A DNA stretch of 64,000 bases from an uncultured Spirochaetota bacterium (GTDB lineage: Bacteria; Spirochaetota; Spirochaetia; SZUA-6; Fen-1364): the NCBI GenBank assembly GCA_963745235.1, contig CAVUXE010000057.1, positions 1 to 64,000 of the forward strand. The letters are read 5' to 3'. A program made the translations under genes and the position numbers. The notes below the pieces were generated by a model. The model worked only from the letters and a program-made list of their open reading frames with translations. It ran no database searches and was not told where the DNA came from. Positions 53,283 through 63,395 of the stretch are shown in pieces (position 1 is the stretch's first letter; the number at the start of each line of letters is the position of its first letter).

Positions 53283-54140
53283 GCGCCCCCCTCCAGGAGC
53301 GGCATGAGGCGCGTCATGCGGGGAGCGATCTCGTATTCAAGAAGGTCGCCGATGAGCACTGAGTCCTTCGCGTTGAAAGCCGCCACCAGGTCGCGGAGGA
53401 CCGGAGTCAGGTCCGCGATCATGCGCCCCCGCTCCGCATCCGGGGGGAGGAAGGGGACCAGGGAAAGCATGGAATGCACCGTGTCGGTGAACCCTATGAC
53501 GGTCTCCATTGCGGCCTTGTCTTTTCCCGTCTGGAGAAGCACGGACACCTCGGGGAGACTGTCCACGCGCGCGCGCAGGTCCGAAAGGCATCTCGCAAGG
53601 GCCTCACGTGGCTGCGCCGCGTCCGCGATCCGCTTCGATAACTCCTCGCGGAGCAGTCCAACCAGAGCGACCGCATTCTGGCGCTGCTCCGGGGACCAGC
53701 GGCGCATGTCCGCCGGCTGAACCCCTTCGAACAGGCGAATGAACCTGTCCAGGGCGTCCGCGCCCGGTGGGAGAAACGGGTTGGCGCGGATGCCGTCCAC
53801 GGTCTCCGAAAGATTCGAAAGCAGCTCCTCCAGAACGGGACCGGGGGCCCTGATCTCGTCCGCGAACATGCCGAGCCACTGGTCCAGGGTCTGCCAGTGC
53901 TCCACTTTCATGTCAGCGGTGTGAAGGGCCTGGATCTCTATTTCATTCGACGGAATCCACAGCGGTGCCTCCCCAGATGCCTGCCGGCATGGACAACAGG
54001 TCCTGCCCGTCGGCCTGCAGGCCCGTGATGACGAATCCGGCCGCGCCGAGCCATGCCTGGACGCCGCTCATCACCTCGGCGAGGGTCTTCTCCTTTTCCA
54101 GGGAAAAGCTGACCTGTTCACCGTTGATTTTCAGCAGCAC
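53279..54140 (-). CDS. Hypothetical protein split by a 1-bp insertion near 53945
   Basis: Removing one base joins ...VDSVE to EIEIQALHTADMKVEHW... The C-terminus is D..LIGDLLEYEI.P. Confidence 0.75.
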
Positions 54141-54164
54141 GAGAGGCTCCTTTTCGTCCCGGCA

Positions 54165-56182
54165 TTACTGGTTCTGCTTGTTGAAGTTCTGGAGGGACTG
54201 TGAGTTCTTCTGCAGGGTGTCGAGCGAGCTCTGCATCTGGCCATACTTCCTCTTCAAATCGGCAAGATAGTCATCCAGCTTGGTCTTGTAGTCATCTATC
54301 GAGCGTGAGTTCCTGGCGATCTGCGAATCCAGGTCGGTGACCCGCTGCGGATAGATGCCGGTTTCCTGCACATACGGCCGCAGGAGGTTGTCCAGGGAAT
54401 AGGCGGCCCCGCTGTTGATGACGAGGCTTCCCGTTGTGTCATTCCCGAACAGCTGCTTCACAGCCTCCGGATGCTGTTCGATTGCCGCGGTGAGCTTGGC
54501 CTCGTCCACCTCCAGGTATCCCCGCAGCTTCGTTTTGTCCAGGGAGAGCGCGCCGGGGGCCCTGGCGTCAGTCGAGATCCCGATCTGCGCCAGGAGGCGC
54601 ATGTCCCGTCCGAGGGACGTGGGGTAGGGGTTCATCATGATGTTCTGCAGGGAGTTCTTCATCTGCATCAGGGAGATTTCACCCATGAGCAGACCCATGT
54701 CGTCCTGGGCTTTCTTCTTCTCGTCGTCCGTGAGGTACGATGCGTCCTCGATGATCTGCGGGTCCTTGCGCGTGAGGACATCGATCTGGGTGATGGTCCG
54801 GTTGTACGCGCCCAGCAGGTCCAGGAGCTGTTTCTTGATCCCTTCGGTATCATGCTTGACCGTCAGGGTGACCGGCGAATCGCTCGGGGCCTTCAGGTTC
54901 AGCGTCACGCCGGGGAGCACGTCGTCAATGGTGTTCGAAGGTCGAGTGACATCGATGCCGTCAACGGAGAGCACCGCGTCCCCCGCCTGGTTGAGCGCGT
55001 TCTTCGGCACGTAGTCTCCCCGCTGAGTCTTGTCATACAGGGAGATGTCCTTCACGGAAAGGCGGCGATAGGTGTTGCGGTTTCGCAGGTCCAACGCGCT
55101 CAGGCTGGACGCTTGCTCTCCGACCGGGATCTCAATCTTCTGGAAATCCGTTGAGTCCGACAGTGGAGGGAGGGGGACCTCCTTCCCGTCGGCTTCCATG
55201 AAAAGCATCTGCAGGTCATCCACCTTCTCCGGGGGCTTGGGCGGCTCCCAGGGAGGAGGGGGCCCGCGACGGCTGGCTCTCTATCTTGATTCCCTGGTAG
55301 TCGATTCCGCCCGTGGACGGAACACTCGGTCCCGGTGGCGCCGCTGCCTGGCTGGGCGGCGTTTCGGGAAGGTGCTCCACTTTCACCGAGAGCTCCAGGA
55401 CCATGTTCTTGTTGAGCGTTGCCGCGGGGCTGACGGGAACCTTGATCTCCGAGCCTGGATTGAGGGTGATAGTGCCGTTCTGGATCACTACGGCGCCCGG
55501 CCGCCGGCGGTGTAGTCCATGTGCTCACCGCTTTGTCATTCAGCTGGACCTGGCGGCTGGCCGTCAGTGACCTTTCCAGCATCCCGGCCTTCACGCCCAT
55601 GTCAGCGGCCGCCCCCAGAAGGGTGAGGCGGTTCTTGGCCCCGGTGACCTTGGATTCGATCAAGAGCACCTGCGTGGTTGGCGTGTCGTTGACAACCGAA
55701 GCGGACAGGAGGTCACCCCCCTTGGCGTTCAAGGCGTCAGCGAACGCCTTCACGGAACCGCCTTTCCAGGAGAGCCGCACTTCCTTGTCTCCGACACGAA
55801 ACGCGTAGTCTCCTGGATCCACTACGAAATCCCGCGGAAGGGATTGGGAAAGGAACCTGTCTGCCGTGGCTGTCTTCTTGACGAGGATCTGCTTCGTCTC
55901 CTCCAGTGCCTGCCGGGTGGCAGAGGCAACGAGCGTCTTCTCATCGGAGGATGCGGCGATGCGGTCGTTGAAAGGGTTTTGAAAGCCGTACAGCGCTCGG
56001 GCGCTGTCTCGAAGGGTCGCAAGCCTGCGCGAAACATCCTGCCAGGAGCCCTTCTGCTGCTTCTCGAGGTCCACCTCTTTCTGCATGCGCTTCAGGGGCT
56101 CCCTCTTGGCCTCCATGAGGGCGTCGATTATCTTCTGAGTGTTGTATTTATCATTGACGCCTGGGATGGCAAAATCGGACAT
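54165..56182 (-). CDS. fliD: Flagellar filament cap FliD (frameshifts near 55495 and 55250)
   Basis: MSDFAIPGV..KY, A.L.VDGI.V.R.SN.IDD..PGVTL and LKRKYGQM..SL..L. Confidence 0.93.
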
Positions 56183-56208
56183 CGTGCGGCGCTTACCCCC
56201 CTCCGCTC

Positions 56209-56276
56209 CCGCAGTACTCTGCGGGGTTTCCGCAGTACTCTGCGGGGTTCCGCTGCCCACACGGTATACCGTGTGG
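56209..56276. repeat. Two tandem 21-bp hairpin units and a perfect 20-bp palindrome between flaG and fliD
   Basis: CCGCAGTACTCTGCGGGGTT(T/C) at 56209 and 56230; CCACACGGTATACCGTGTGG at 56257-56276. Confidence 0.9.
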
Positions 56277-56304
56277 TTTTCAGCGGCGTTGCCCATCCGG
56301 CCCG

Positions 56305-56646
56305 TCAGATCTTCTCGTCGACCAGCAGCCCGATGGTCTCCTTGATCCGAGCGATAAGATGCTGGATTTCCTCGGGGGGGATCTCCTTGATTACCTTATC
56401 GGTTTCCCCGTCAACGACCTTGATGATCACCTGGTTGATCTCGTCGTTTACGGACAGCTTCACCCGCCGGTTGAACGCAAGAAACGTCCTCTCCAGCGCT
56501 TTCGCCTGTGCTTCGATCTCCGAGCGTGATAGCTGTGCGTCCGGCTGCGGACGCGGCTGCCGCTCGGGTGCTGCCCGGGGCTCTTTCATGAGCACATCCG
56601 GGACGGGATTCGATTTCAGAATCCCGGGTATCTCCATGCTCATCAT
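56305..56646 (-). CDS. flaG: Flagellar protein FlaG
   Basis: VKLSV......VIIKVVD.ET.KVIKEIPPEE and GLLVDEKI. Confidence 0.93.
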   Translation of the reverse strand: MMSMEIPGILKSNPVPDVLMKEPRAAPERQPRPQPDAQLSRSEIEAQAKALERTFLAFNRRVKLSVNDEINQVIIKVVDGETDKVIKEIPPEEIQHLIARIKETIGLLVDEKI

Positions 56647-56647
56647 T

Positions 56648-56661
56648 GTACCTCCATGTAC
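56648..56661 (-). promoter_or_regulatory. CsrA-type hairpin over the flaG Shine-Dalgarno
   Basis: GTAC-ATGGAG-GTAC, then A-ATG. Confidence 0.55.
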
Positions 56662-56848
56662 CTCATTGTCACGGCCTTCACGCGGAGTCCGCGTGGTGTG
56701 CCCTGACGCTCATGCGTGAGGCAGTTCCCATTGCCTCACCCAAGAAAGGGGGCGGGAGGGCGCGACCCCCCACTCCCGCGCACTCACCGGAAAAGGTGAC
56801 GTCCAGTAACCTCTCCCGTCGGGAACGGTCCGATCTGAGCAGTCCCTT

Positions 56849-57712
56849 TCAGGCCAGCAACTGCAGAACCGACCTCGTCTTGAGATTGGCCTGCGCCAGC
56901 ATTGCCGTGCTGGACTGCATCAGGATCTGATTCTTCACGTAGTCAACCATCTGTGAGGCCATGTCCGTGTCGCGAATCTGGGACTCCGCTGCCTGCATGT
57001 TCTCAGCAGCCACGGCAACTCCCTTCGCCGCCATCTCGAAGCGGTTCTGATATGCTCCGAGGTCGGCCCGCTGCCGGGAGACCCGCCTCATGGCGTTGTC
57101 CACCATGCCGATTGCCTGATTCGCCTTGTCGGGGGTGGAGATGGAGATGGACTGGTTGCCCCCTCCCGTCGCCATCAGCCCGAGGGCCTGCGCGGTCATG
57201 GTGCCGATGAACGCCTGCTTCCGCTGGTCCATGTTCGCCCCTACCTGGAAGAACATCTGCCCCGTCACGACGCCGCCCCCCGCGGGGTTGGCGAACTTGC
57301 CGGTCAGCATGTTCATCCCATTGAACTGGGCATGGGACGCGATCCTGTTGACCTCGTCCACCAGCTGTGAGACTTCCACCTGGATCTGCATCCGGTCTTC
57401 ATCAGAGTAGATGCCGTTGGCCGACTGGACAGCCAGCTCACGGATCCGGTGCATGATGTCATGGGTCTCCGCCAGGTAGCCTTCCGTGGTCTGGATGAAG
57501 GACACCGCGTTCTCGATGTTCCTCTCCGCCTGATTGAGCCCGCGGATCTGGGAGCGGAGCTTCTCCGACACGGCCAGACCGGACGCGTCGTCTCCCGCCC
57601 TGTTGATCCGGAGCCCCGAGGACAGCTTTTCGATGTCCTTGTTCAGGTCCACCTCATTGAACTTCACCGTTCGATTCGCGAACAGAGCGCTCATGTTGTG
57701 GTTTATGATCAT
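56849..57712 (-). CDS. flaB: Flagellin FlaB (copy 2)
   Basis: [26 protein letters not shown] and [10 protein letters not shown]. Confidence 0.98.
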   Translation of the reverse strand: MIINHNMSALFANRTVKFNEVDLNKDIEKLSSGLRINRAGDDASGLAVSEKLRSQIRGLNQAERNIENAVSFIQTTEGYLAETHDIMHRIRELAVQSANGIYSDEDRMQIQVEVSQLVDEVNRIASHAQFNGMNMLTGKFANPAGGGVVTGQMFFQVGANMDQRKQAFIGTMTAQALGLMATGGGNQSISISTPDKANQAIGMVDNAMRRVSRQRADLGAYQNRFEMAAKGVAVAAENMQAAESQIRDTDMASQMVDYVKNQILMQSSTAMLAQANLKTRSVLQLLA

Positions 57713-57735
57713 GAAACCCTCCTTGACTGGAATCT

Positions 57736-57753
57736 GGAGGCGTCCGTGCCTCC
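57736..57753 (-). promoter_or_regulatory. CsrA-type hairpin in the flaB copy 2 leader
   Basis: GGAGGC-ACGGAC-GCCTCC, 12 nt upstream of the AAGGAG SD. Confidence 0.7.
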
Positions 57754-58009
57754 CTCAGTACCTGCCATGTGTGCCGCCGGGGCCATTTCACGGGAAGGAG
57801 TCGCGCCTTCCTTCCCACCGTTCCCATTTCCCCCGCAACAGGGAAGCTTTGTCCGTGCCGCCATGCAGTCTTCAGCAGTGAGCGCATGGCGTGCCGCGAC
57901 GGGGCTTCCCTTTTCCCGACACACCTCAGGAGGGTTCTTTTTCAAAGATCAGAACGGAAACCGATCCATCCGGTGCACCACTGTGTGGCGCACCCTTCAA
58001 TGTACTCCT

Positions 58010-58870
58010 CTACTGGAGCAGCTGCAAGACCGTCCGCGGCTTGGCATTCGCCTGCGCGAGCATGGCAGTGGCGGACTGCGTTATGATGGCGTTCTTCGTG
58101 TACTCCACCATCTCGGAAGCCATGTCTGCGTCGCGGATGCGCGACTCTGCCGCCTGCATGTTCTCCGCCCCCACGTCCAGGCCTTTTACCGCGTACTCCA
58201 GGCGGTTCTGGTAGGCGCCGAGGTCCGCGCGCTGCTTGTTGATGAGCTTCAGCGCCGCGTCCAGCTGTCCGATGGAACGGTTGGCCCCGTCCGGCGTGGA
58301 CATGGAGATGATCTGCCGGGTACCGACCTGGCGGATTCCCAGCGCTTCGGAGGTCATCGTGCCGATGAACACGCGAACGCGCTGGTCCATGTTTGCGCCG
58401 ATCTGCAGCCACATGGAGGCGGTGATGATGTTCTCTCCCGCCGCTCGCGCAAAGCGGCCCGTGAGCATGTTCATCCCGTTGAACTGCGCGTGGGAGGCAA
58501 TGCGGTCCACCTCGTTGACGAGAGCGGATACCTCGACCTGGATCTGCATCCTGTCCTCATCCGTGTAGATGCCGTTGGCCGACTGGACCGAAAGCTCCCT
58601 CAGGCGCTGGACGATGTCCTGGCTCTCCTGGAGATAGCCTTCCGTGGTCTGGATGAAGGAGATCCCGTTTGATGCGTTGGTGCTTGCCTGGCGGAGACCC
58701 CGGATCTGGGACCTCATCTTCTCCGACACGGCCAGTCCTGACGCATCGTCCCCCGCGCGCGTGATCCTGCTTCCCGACGACAGCTTTTCGAGGCTCTTGT
58801 CGAGGGCAAGCCCGTTCACGTTCAGCTGGCGCTCCGCGAACAGCGCGCTCATGTTGTGATTGATGATCAT
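58010..58870 (-). CDS. flaB: Flagellin FlaB (copy 1)
   Basis: MIINHNMSA start at 58870 with conserved flagellin N- and C-terminal motifs. Confidence 0.98.
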   Translation of the reverse strand: MIINHNMSALFAERQLNVNGLALDKSLEKLSSGSRITRAGDDASGLAVSEKMRSQIRGLRQASTNASNGISFIQTTEGYLQESQDIVQRLRELSVQSANGIYTDEDRMQIQVEVSALVNEVDRIASHAQFNGMNMLTGRFARAAGENIITASMWLQIGANMDQRVRVFIGTMTSEALGIRQVGTRQIISMSTPDGANRSIGQLDAALKLINKQRADLGAYQNRLEYAVKGLDVGAENMQAAESRIRDADMASEMVEYTKNAIITQSATAMLAQANAKPRTVLQLLQ

Positions 58871-58918
58871 GGTTTCCTCCCTGAAACCCTCTGATGTACC
58901 CCGGGCATCCATGCCCGG
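58871..58918 (-). promoter_or_regulatory. Two CsrA-type hairpins in the flaB copy 1 leader
   Basis: CCGGGC-ATGGAT-GCCCGG (58918-58901) and GGTTTC-AGGGAG-GAAACC (58888-58871, SD in the loop, directly before ATG). Confidence 0.75.
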
Positions 58919-59090
58919 AGTCGGTTTTCCGGGGAGCTCTCCCGCTTCCTCAGGCCGAGCCATCCCTCCGATTTCCCTTGACCGGCCTTCCAGGTGTGCC
59001 GATACGCAGAATAGCGGAAGGAGGGTTGAGGCCCTTGAAGTCGGCCGGAGCTACCCTCAGTCCTTTTTTCGACAGGGGGGAGTTTAAAGA

Positions 59091-60242
59091 TTAGGCCTTT
59101 TTTTCCCTTTTTTCGGAAAGAGAATCGAGGTATCGCGCAGCTATCCGGTCGTCAGGATCGTACTCCAGCACCGTTCGAAAGAAGCCCAGAGCGTCGTCCC
59201 GGTTGCCTCCCTTCAGGGCGACGATGCCGAGATTCGAGATGACCTTGGTGTTTTCGGGCTCTATTTTCAGCGCTTCCAGCAGCCGTTTCTGGCTTTCCGC
59301 CAGCTCGCCGAGCTCCATGAGGCAGATTGCCAGCTCGTTCAAAAGGTCCGCATGCGGGGCGCCGAGGCCAAGCGCCTTGAGAAACGCCTCTTTGCCCTGC
59401 GCGTACTCCCCGAGGCGCCTGTGCGCCCACCCGAGGAGAAACCACGCGTTCTGGAAGTCGGGGCGGGACTCGATGAACTCCTCGATGTAGCCGATCCCTT
59501 CCTTTTCCCTTCCCATGCGGATGGCATCAAAAGCCTTCTTGAACAGGCCATCTATCAGCCCCTGCGTGTCGATCTCCTTGACGATGCGCCTGGCTTCCGT
59601 GAGTCTCTTCTCATCGGCTCCGGTCTTGATGAAGACCTGCAGATGCTCCCGGGCCTTCTCGAAAGAGCGCTGGTGCAGATAGAAGTAGGCCAGATTGTAA
59701 TGGATTGTCGGCTCCGAAGGATCCGCCGCGAGCGCTCTCTTGTAGGCTTCGAAGGCCAGCCCGAGGTATTCTTCCGCCCCTGCCTCGTTCTCCCGCTTCT
59801 CATGCTGGCGCGCTCGTTCCTCGTAGACGAGGGCGAGGTTCAGGAGCGTGGCGGCATCGTCTGGAAAGAGACCCTCAAGCGCGCGGAACACCTCTATGGC
59901 GAGCTCCGCGTCACCGTCCCTGGCCTTCAGGATTCCCAGGTGGGTGAACTCCTGCCTGATATCCGGTTTGACCGCCAGGACAAACCGGCGGTAGTAGTCC
60001 GTGTGAGGATTCTCCTGGTCCCACGCCAGCACCTTGAGGGCCCCGGCAACGATTGCCTCCCAGCTCAGCTCAGAGTTGGGAAGCGCCGCGGCTCCCTGCG
60101 GCATCTCGACGGGAAGGAGGATCTCGGGATCCAGCACGAAGGACCCTATCTGTCTTTGCGACGTCCCCTTGATGGAAACAAACCCGACGCTCGACAGCCT
60201 CGCTTTCTCATCCATCGTCGGCGCCGCTCCCTTCGCCGCCAT
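59091..60242 (-). CDS. TPR-repeat protein
   Basis: Repeated NLA..Y, AWFLLGW and NLG...A..F..VL..DP.D motifs. Confidence 0.88.
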   Translation of the reverse strand: MAAKGAAPTMDEKARLSSVGFVSIKGTSQRQIGSFVLDPEILLPVEMPQGAAALPNSELSWEAIVAGALKVLAWDQENPHTDYYRRFVLAVKPDIRQEFTHLGILKARDGDAELAIEVFRALEGLFPDDAATLLNLALVYEERARQHEKRENEAGAEEYLGLAFEAYKRALAADPSEPTIHYNLAYFYLHQRSFEKAREHLQVFIKTGADEKRLTEARRIVKEIDTQGLIDGLFKKAFDAIRMGREKEGIGYIEEFIESRPDFQNAWFLLGWAHRRLGEYAQGKEAFLKALGLGAPHADLLNELAICLMELGELAESQKRLLEALKIEPENTKVISNLGIVALKGGNRDDALGFFRTVLEYDPDDRIAARYLDSLSEKREKKA

Positions 60243-61119
60243 CCGACGGCTCCTCGTCCGGGAATGATCTATCGCTCTGCGGGGCCTGAGGGGGGGAAGG
60301 CTTGCCTGGCTCGACAGCGGTCTTCCGTTGGGAGGTGATATATGAGTTGATCAGGAGCTTGTAGCTCATGGGGGGGTCGCGCGGATACTCCACTGCGACA
60401 ACGACGACATCCTTTCTCCCACCCACCTCATCTACCCTGCCGATGACACCGAGGAGCAGGAGCTCTCCTCCCTGCTCGCCCTTGGCAATCCTCAGTGTGA
60501 CCGTGCTGCCGACAGCCTTGGGCGTGACCGCAGAGGTGAGGACCTTCGCGCCACCGAAAGACAAGTCTCGGAGAATGCCGCGATGCGCGGTGCCATTCAG
60601 CGACAGGATTGCCTCCCTGGTTTCCAGCCCGAGCTTCTTCATGCTCTCCGGGGTCACCAGGATCCGCTCCTCTTTTCGCCGCTGGGCGTTCGCGTTGGCA
60701 TCCAGCAGGCTGCCGAGGATGGAGATAAGGTCGTCCGGGGGCCGCTGCGTGAACTCCACGGTGAGAAGCTGCACGTCCTGGTTCTGCGGATCATACGGAG
60801 TGAAGCCTCCGACCATGCAGGCGACGAAGAACGTGATGGGTTCCGGCTTGTCCGGGAGCTTGAAGCACCACCTCAGGGAAAGCCTGTTGTTCGCCCTGCG
60901 CAGGGCAATCAGGAATGTCTCCTTGACGGTCACGATCACCCGGGAGGCCGCCATTGAGCTGGAAAAAACCACGCACGGCCACTGTCGGTCGAGCACCTTC
61001 AGGTAGACGTTCTTTGCGACAAAGCCGGTCGCGCTGAGGACCTGCTTGTTGAACGTGATTTCCGTCTTGCCGAATTGCTCGAAAAAACGGGTGATCTGCT
61101 GCGCTGTGACGATGGACAT
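60208..61119 (-). CDS. PlzA-like PilZ c-di-GMP-binding protein
   Basis: Spirochaete-type N-domain (WPCVVFSSSM, RPPDDLI.ILG.L), RRKEER and DLSFGG. Confidence 0.85.
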   Translation of the reverse strand: MSIVTAQQITRFFEQFGKTEITFNKQVLSATGFVAKNVYLKVLDRQWPCVVFSSSMAASRVIVTVKETFLIALRRANNRLSLRWCFKLPDKPEPITFFVACMVGGFTPYDPQNQDVQLLTVEFTQRPPDDLISILGSLLDANANAQRRKEERILVTPESMKKLGLETREAILSLNGTAHRGILRDLSFGGAKVLTSAVTPKAVGSTVTLRIAKGEQGGELLLLGVIGRVDEVGGRKDVVVVAVEYPRDPPMSYKLLINSYITSQRKTAVEPGKPSPPQAPQSDRSFPDEEPSDGGEGSGADDG

Positions 61120-61165
61120 CGGGGCGATGCTCCCTTACTATTAGCCACCAATATAAAGAAGGGCA

Positions 61166-62188
61166 TTGTCGCTGTCAATTCGAGCGGGGAGGAAGACGTT
61201 GTATTCAGTATTCGGGGTGGAGAACCCCTTGATGGACATCATCGCCCACGTCGACTATGACTTTCTGCGTCGCTTCGACAAACAGCCCGGCTCGATGCAC
61301 CTCGTAGACCACGCCGAAATAGAGAAGCTTCGGCGGGAGCTGCCCTCGTTTCGCGTCCTGCCGGGCGGAAGCGCCGCAAACACCGCGCGGGGGATCGCGT
61401 GGCTGGCGAGCCCGAGCGGTCGGGAGGTCCTGGAGCACCTCGGTGGCCTGAAACGCGAGGGAGAGGGCAACCTTCCTCCCGTATTCAACGGAGCGGTCGG
61501 GCGGGACGCCATCGGGGACCAGTTCGAACAGCTCATGACCGCCGCGGGCGTGTCCGCGTCCATCGTGCGCAAGGAAACCCCGACCGGCACGTCAGTCATC
61601 CTTGTGACCCCGGATGGCGAGCGAACGATGAACACCTTCCTGGGTGCCTGCCGGGACTTCGGGCCGCAGGATCTCGACCTCGGGAAGCTCGCCCGCTCCC
61701 GCATCCTCTACCTGACCGGCTACCTGTGGGATACCGCGCACCAGGATGCCGCCGCCCGGAAGGCCGCGGACTCCGGCGCCACGGTCGTTGCATTCGACCT
61801 GGCAGATTCCTTTGCCGTCCGCCGCTCGGGGGAGGCGTTTCGTTCATGGATTCCCGCTCACGTTGACGTGCTCTTCGGAAACAGGGACGAGATCGCTATC
61901 CTCACCGGGGCGTCGTGCGACGAGGACTGCGTGGCGGAGGCGGGAAGGTTCGCGCCTTTAGTCGTCATGAAGATGGGGGAAAAGGGCTGCATGCTCGGGC
62001 AGAAAGGCAAGCTGGAGGTTGTGCCCGGCGTTCCCGTGAGAATGGTCGACACCACCGGGGCCGGTGATGCGTTCGCGGCTGGCTTTCTTTTCGGGATGCT
62101 GCAGGGTGCCGAGCCGACTGTATGCGCGCGACTGGCGAATGCCATCGCCTCACGCATCGTCGGACGCGAAGGATGCAGCTACGACTGA
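61166..62188 (+). CDS. PfkB-family carbohydrate/adenosine kinase (start uncertain)
   Basis: NPLMDI, GGSAAN, G.VG.D..G, DGERTM.T.LG and DTTGAGDAF. Confidence 0.9.
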   Translation: MSLSIRAGRKTLYSVFGVENPLMDIIAHVDYDFLRRFDKQPGSMHLVDHAEIEKLRRELPSFRVLPGGSAANTARGIAWLASPSGREVLEHLGGLKREGEGNLPPVFNGAVGRDAIGDQFEQLMTAAGVSASIVRKETPTGTSVILVTPDGERTMNTFLGACRDFGPQDLDLGKLARSRILYLTGYLWDTAHQDAAARKAADSGATVVAFDLADSFAVRRSGEAFRSWIPAHVDVLFGNRDEIAILTGASCDEDCVAEAGRFAPLVVMKMGEKGCMLGQKGKLEVVPGVPVRMVDTTGAGDAFAAGFLFGMLQGAEPTVCARLANAIASRIVGREGCSYD

Positions 62189-62625
62189 GGAGGGTCCTCT
62201 TCAGGGGCGGTGCGGTCCCGCGGCTCACTTTCGCGCGTCCCTGCGCTCGTTCGCCCTTCGCCGTCCGTGGCCAGGGGCTCACTCTCGCGCGTCCCTGCGC
62301 TCGTTCGCCCTTCGCCATCCGTGGCGAGGGGGGTGTGCATCAGCAAGTCGTCATCAATGCGGCTGATAAGCCTTTCCGCCACGCTGTCTATCTCGGAGGA
62401 CTCCTGCGGCTCGCGACCGTCCCGCAGCTTGAACATCTCGTCCGCAATGTTGAGCGCGGCAAGCACGGCCACGGTGAGAGGCTCGGCAAAAGAGTAGCGC
62501 TTCCTGACTTCTTCGATCCTGGATTTGACGTACGCTGAAAGCCGGTTGAGGTGCTCGGTGCTTTCGTCTGACTGGATGACGAAGGAGGCTCCAAGCACGT
62601 CGATTCTGAGCTGACGCTTCTCCAT
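62179..62625 (-). CDS. zapA: Cell division protein ZapA with repeat-extended C-terminus
   Basis: I.VLG..F......HL..L..YV and AVLAALNIADE.F. The tail contains PLATDGEGRTSAGTRESE twice. Confidence 0.88.
   Translation of the reverse strand: MEKRQLRIDVLGASFVIQSDESTEHLNRLSAYVKSRIEEVRKRYSFAEPLTVAVLAALNIADEMFKLRDGREPQESSEIDSVAERLISRIDDDLLMHTPLATDGEGRTSAGTRESEPLATDGEGRTSAGTRESEPRDRTAPEEDPPQS
62222..62329 (-). repeat. 54-bp tandem duplication forming four ANGGAN-loop hairpins
   Basis: Units start at 62222 and 62276. Minus-strand hairpins are TCGCC-ACGGAT-GGCGA, GCGC-AGGGAC-GCGC, GCC-ACGGAC-GGC and GCGC-AGGGAC-GCGC. Confidence 0.9.
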
Positions 62626-62637
62626 GACCGTCCCTGC

Positions 62638-62994
62638 TTAGAAGATGTCCAGCTCTTCCTTCTTCGGCTCAGTCTCGGTCCGCTCGGAGGGAGGACGCTG
62701 CGGGGGCGCTGCTTCCTCAGGAGTCTGCCGCCTGCCGTTGTTCTCAGGCTTCCTGGCAGTGGTTGCGGCTTCTTCCAGCTCATCCAGGTGCTGCAGGGTC
62801 CGCACGATCACGGACTCGATCTCGCGCTGGTCCGTCTTGAATCCGTCCACAAGAGACTCCAGCTCCTTCATCCGCTTCTGCGCGGACTCAAGCCCCTTGC
62901 GGAGCGTGGAGTTCTCCTCTTTCAGCACCCGGATGAGTTCGATGGCTCGAGTGATCTTGCCTTCCAGCAGCCTGATCTGCTCGAGGGTGATCAT
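62638..62994 (-). CDS. ZapB-like coiled-coil protein
   Basis: [28 protein letters not shown]..., immediately upstream of zapA and overlapping the rplT stop. Confidence 0.8.
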   Translation of the reverse strand: MITLEQIRLLEGKITRAIELIRVLKEENSTLRKGLESAQKRMKELESLVDGFKTDQREIESVIVRTLQHLDELEEAATTARKPENNGRRQTPEEAAPPQRPPSERTETEPKKEELDIF

Positions 62995-63377
62995 TTTCCG
63001 GCGCTCACCGCTGCAGCAGCTGCCGGGAGGGCTTCCTTCGCCCTGGCAATGAGAGCCTTGAAGGCAATGGGATCCTCGATAGCCATGTTGGAAAGCGCCT
63101 TGCGGTTGAGAACGACGTTTGCTTCCCGCAGCCCGTGCATGAACTGCGAATAGGTGATGCCTTCGGGGCGAACCGCTGCGGAAATGCGCGTGATCCACAG
63201 TCTGCGAAACTCGCCTTTCCGTCTCTTGCGGTCCCGATACGAGGCAGCCAGCCCTTTCATGACCGCTTCCTTCGCGGTCTTGAAGAGCCTGCTCCTGCCT
63301 CCCCAGTAGCCCTTGGCGAGCTTCATTATCTTGCGTCGGCGTTCGCGCCTCCGCGTACCGTTTTTCGACCTCGGCAT
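62991..63377 (-). CDS. rplT: 50S ribosomal protein L20
   Basis: AKGY.G.RS, YRDR..RK..FRRLWI.RI and LNRK.LS.MAI.D. Confidence 0.98.
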   Translation of the reverse strand: MPRSKNGTRRRERRRKIMKLAKGYWGGRSRLFKTAKEAVMKGLAASYRDRKRRKGEFRRLWITRISAAVRPEGITYSQFMHGLREANVVLNRKALSNMAIEDPIAFKALIARAKEALPAAAAAVSAGK

Positions 63378-63395
63378 GGATCAGGTTCTCCTCTT

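Noticed and set aside
58920-59090. Sigma28 promoter for flaB copy 1
   Set aside because: GCCGACTT is present, but I found no properly spaced TAAA-like -35, so it was not called.
62100-62220. 6S RNA downstream of zapA (common synteny)
   Set aside because: There is no intergenic space: zapA overlaps the convergent pfkB stop.
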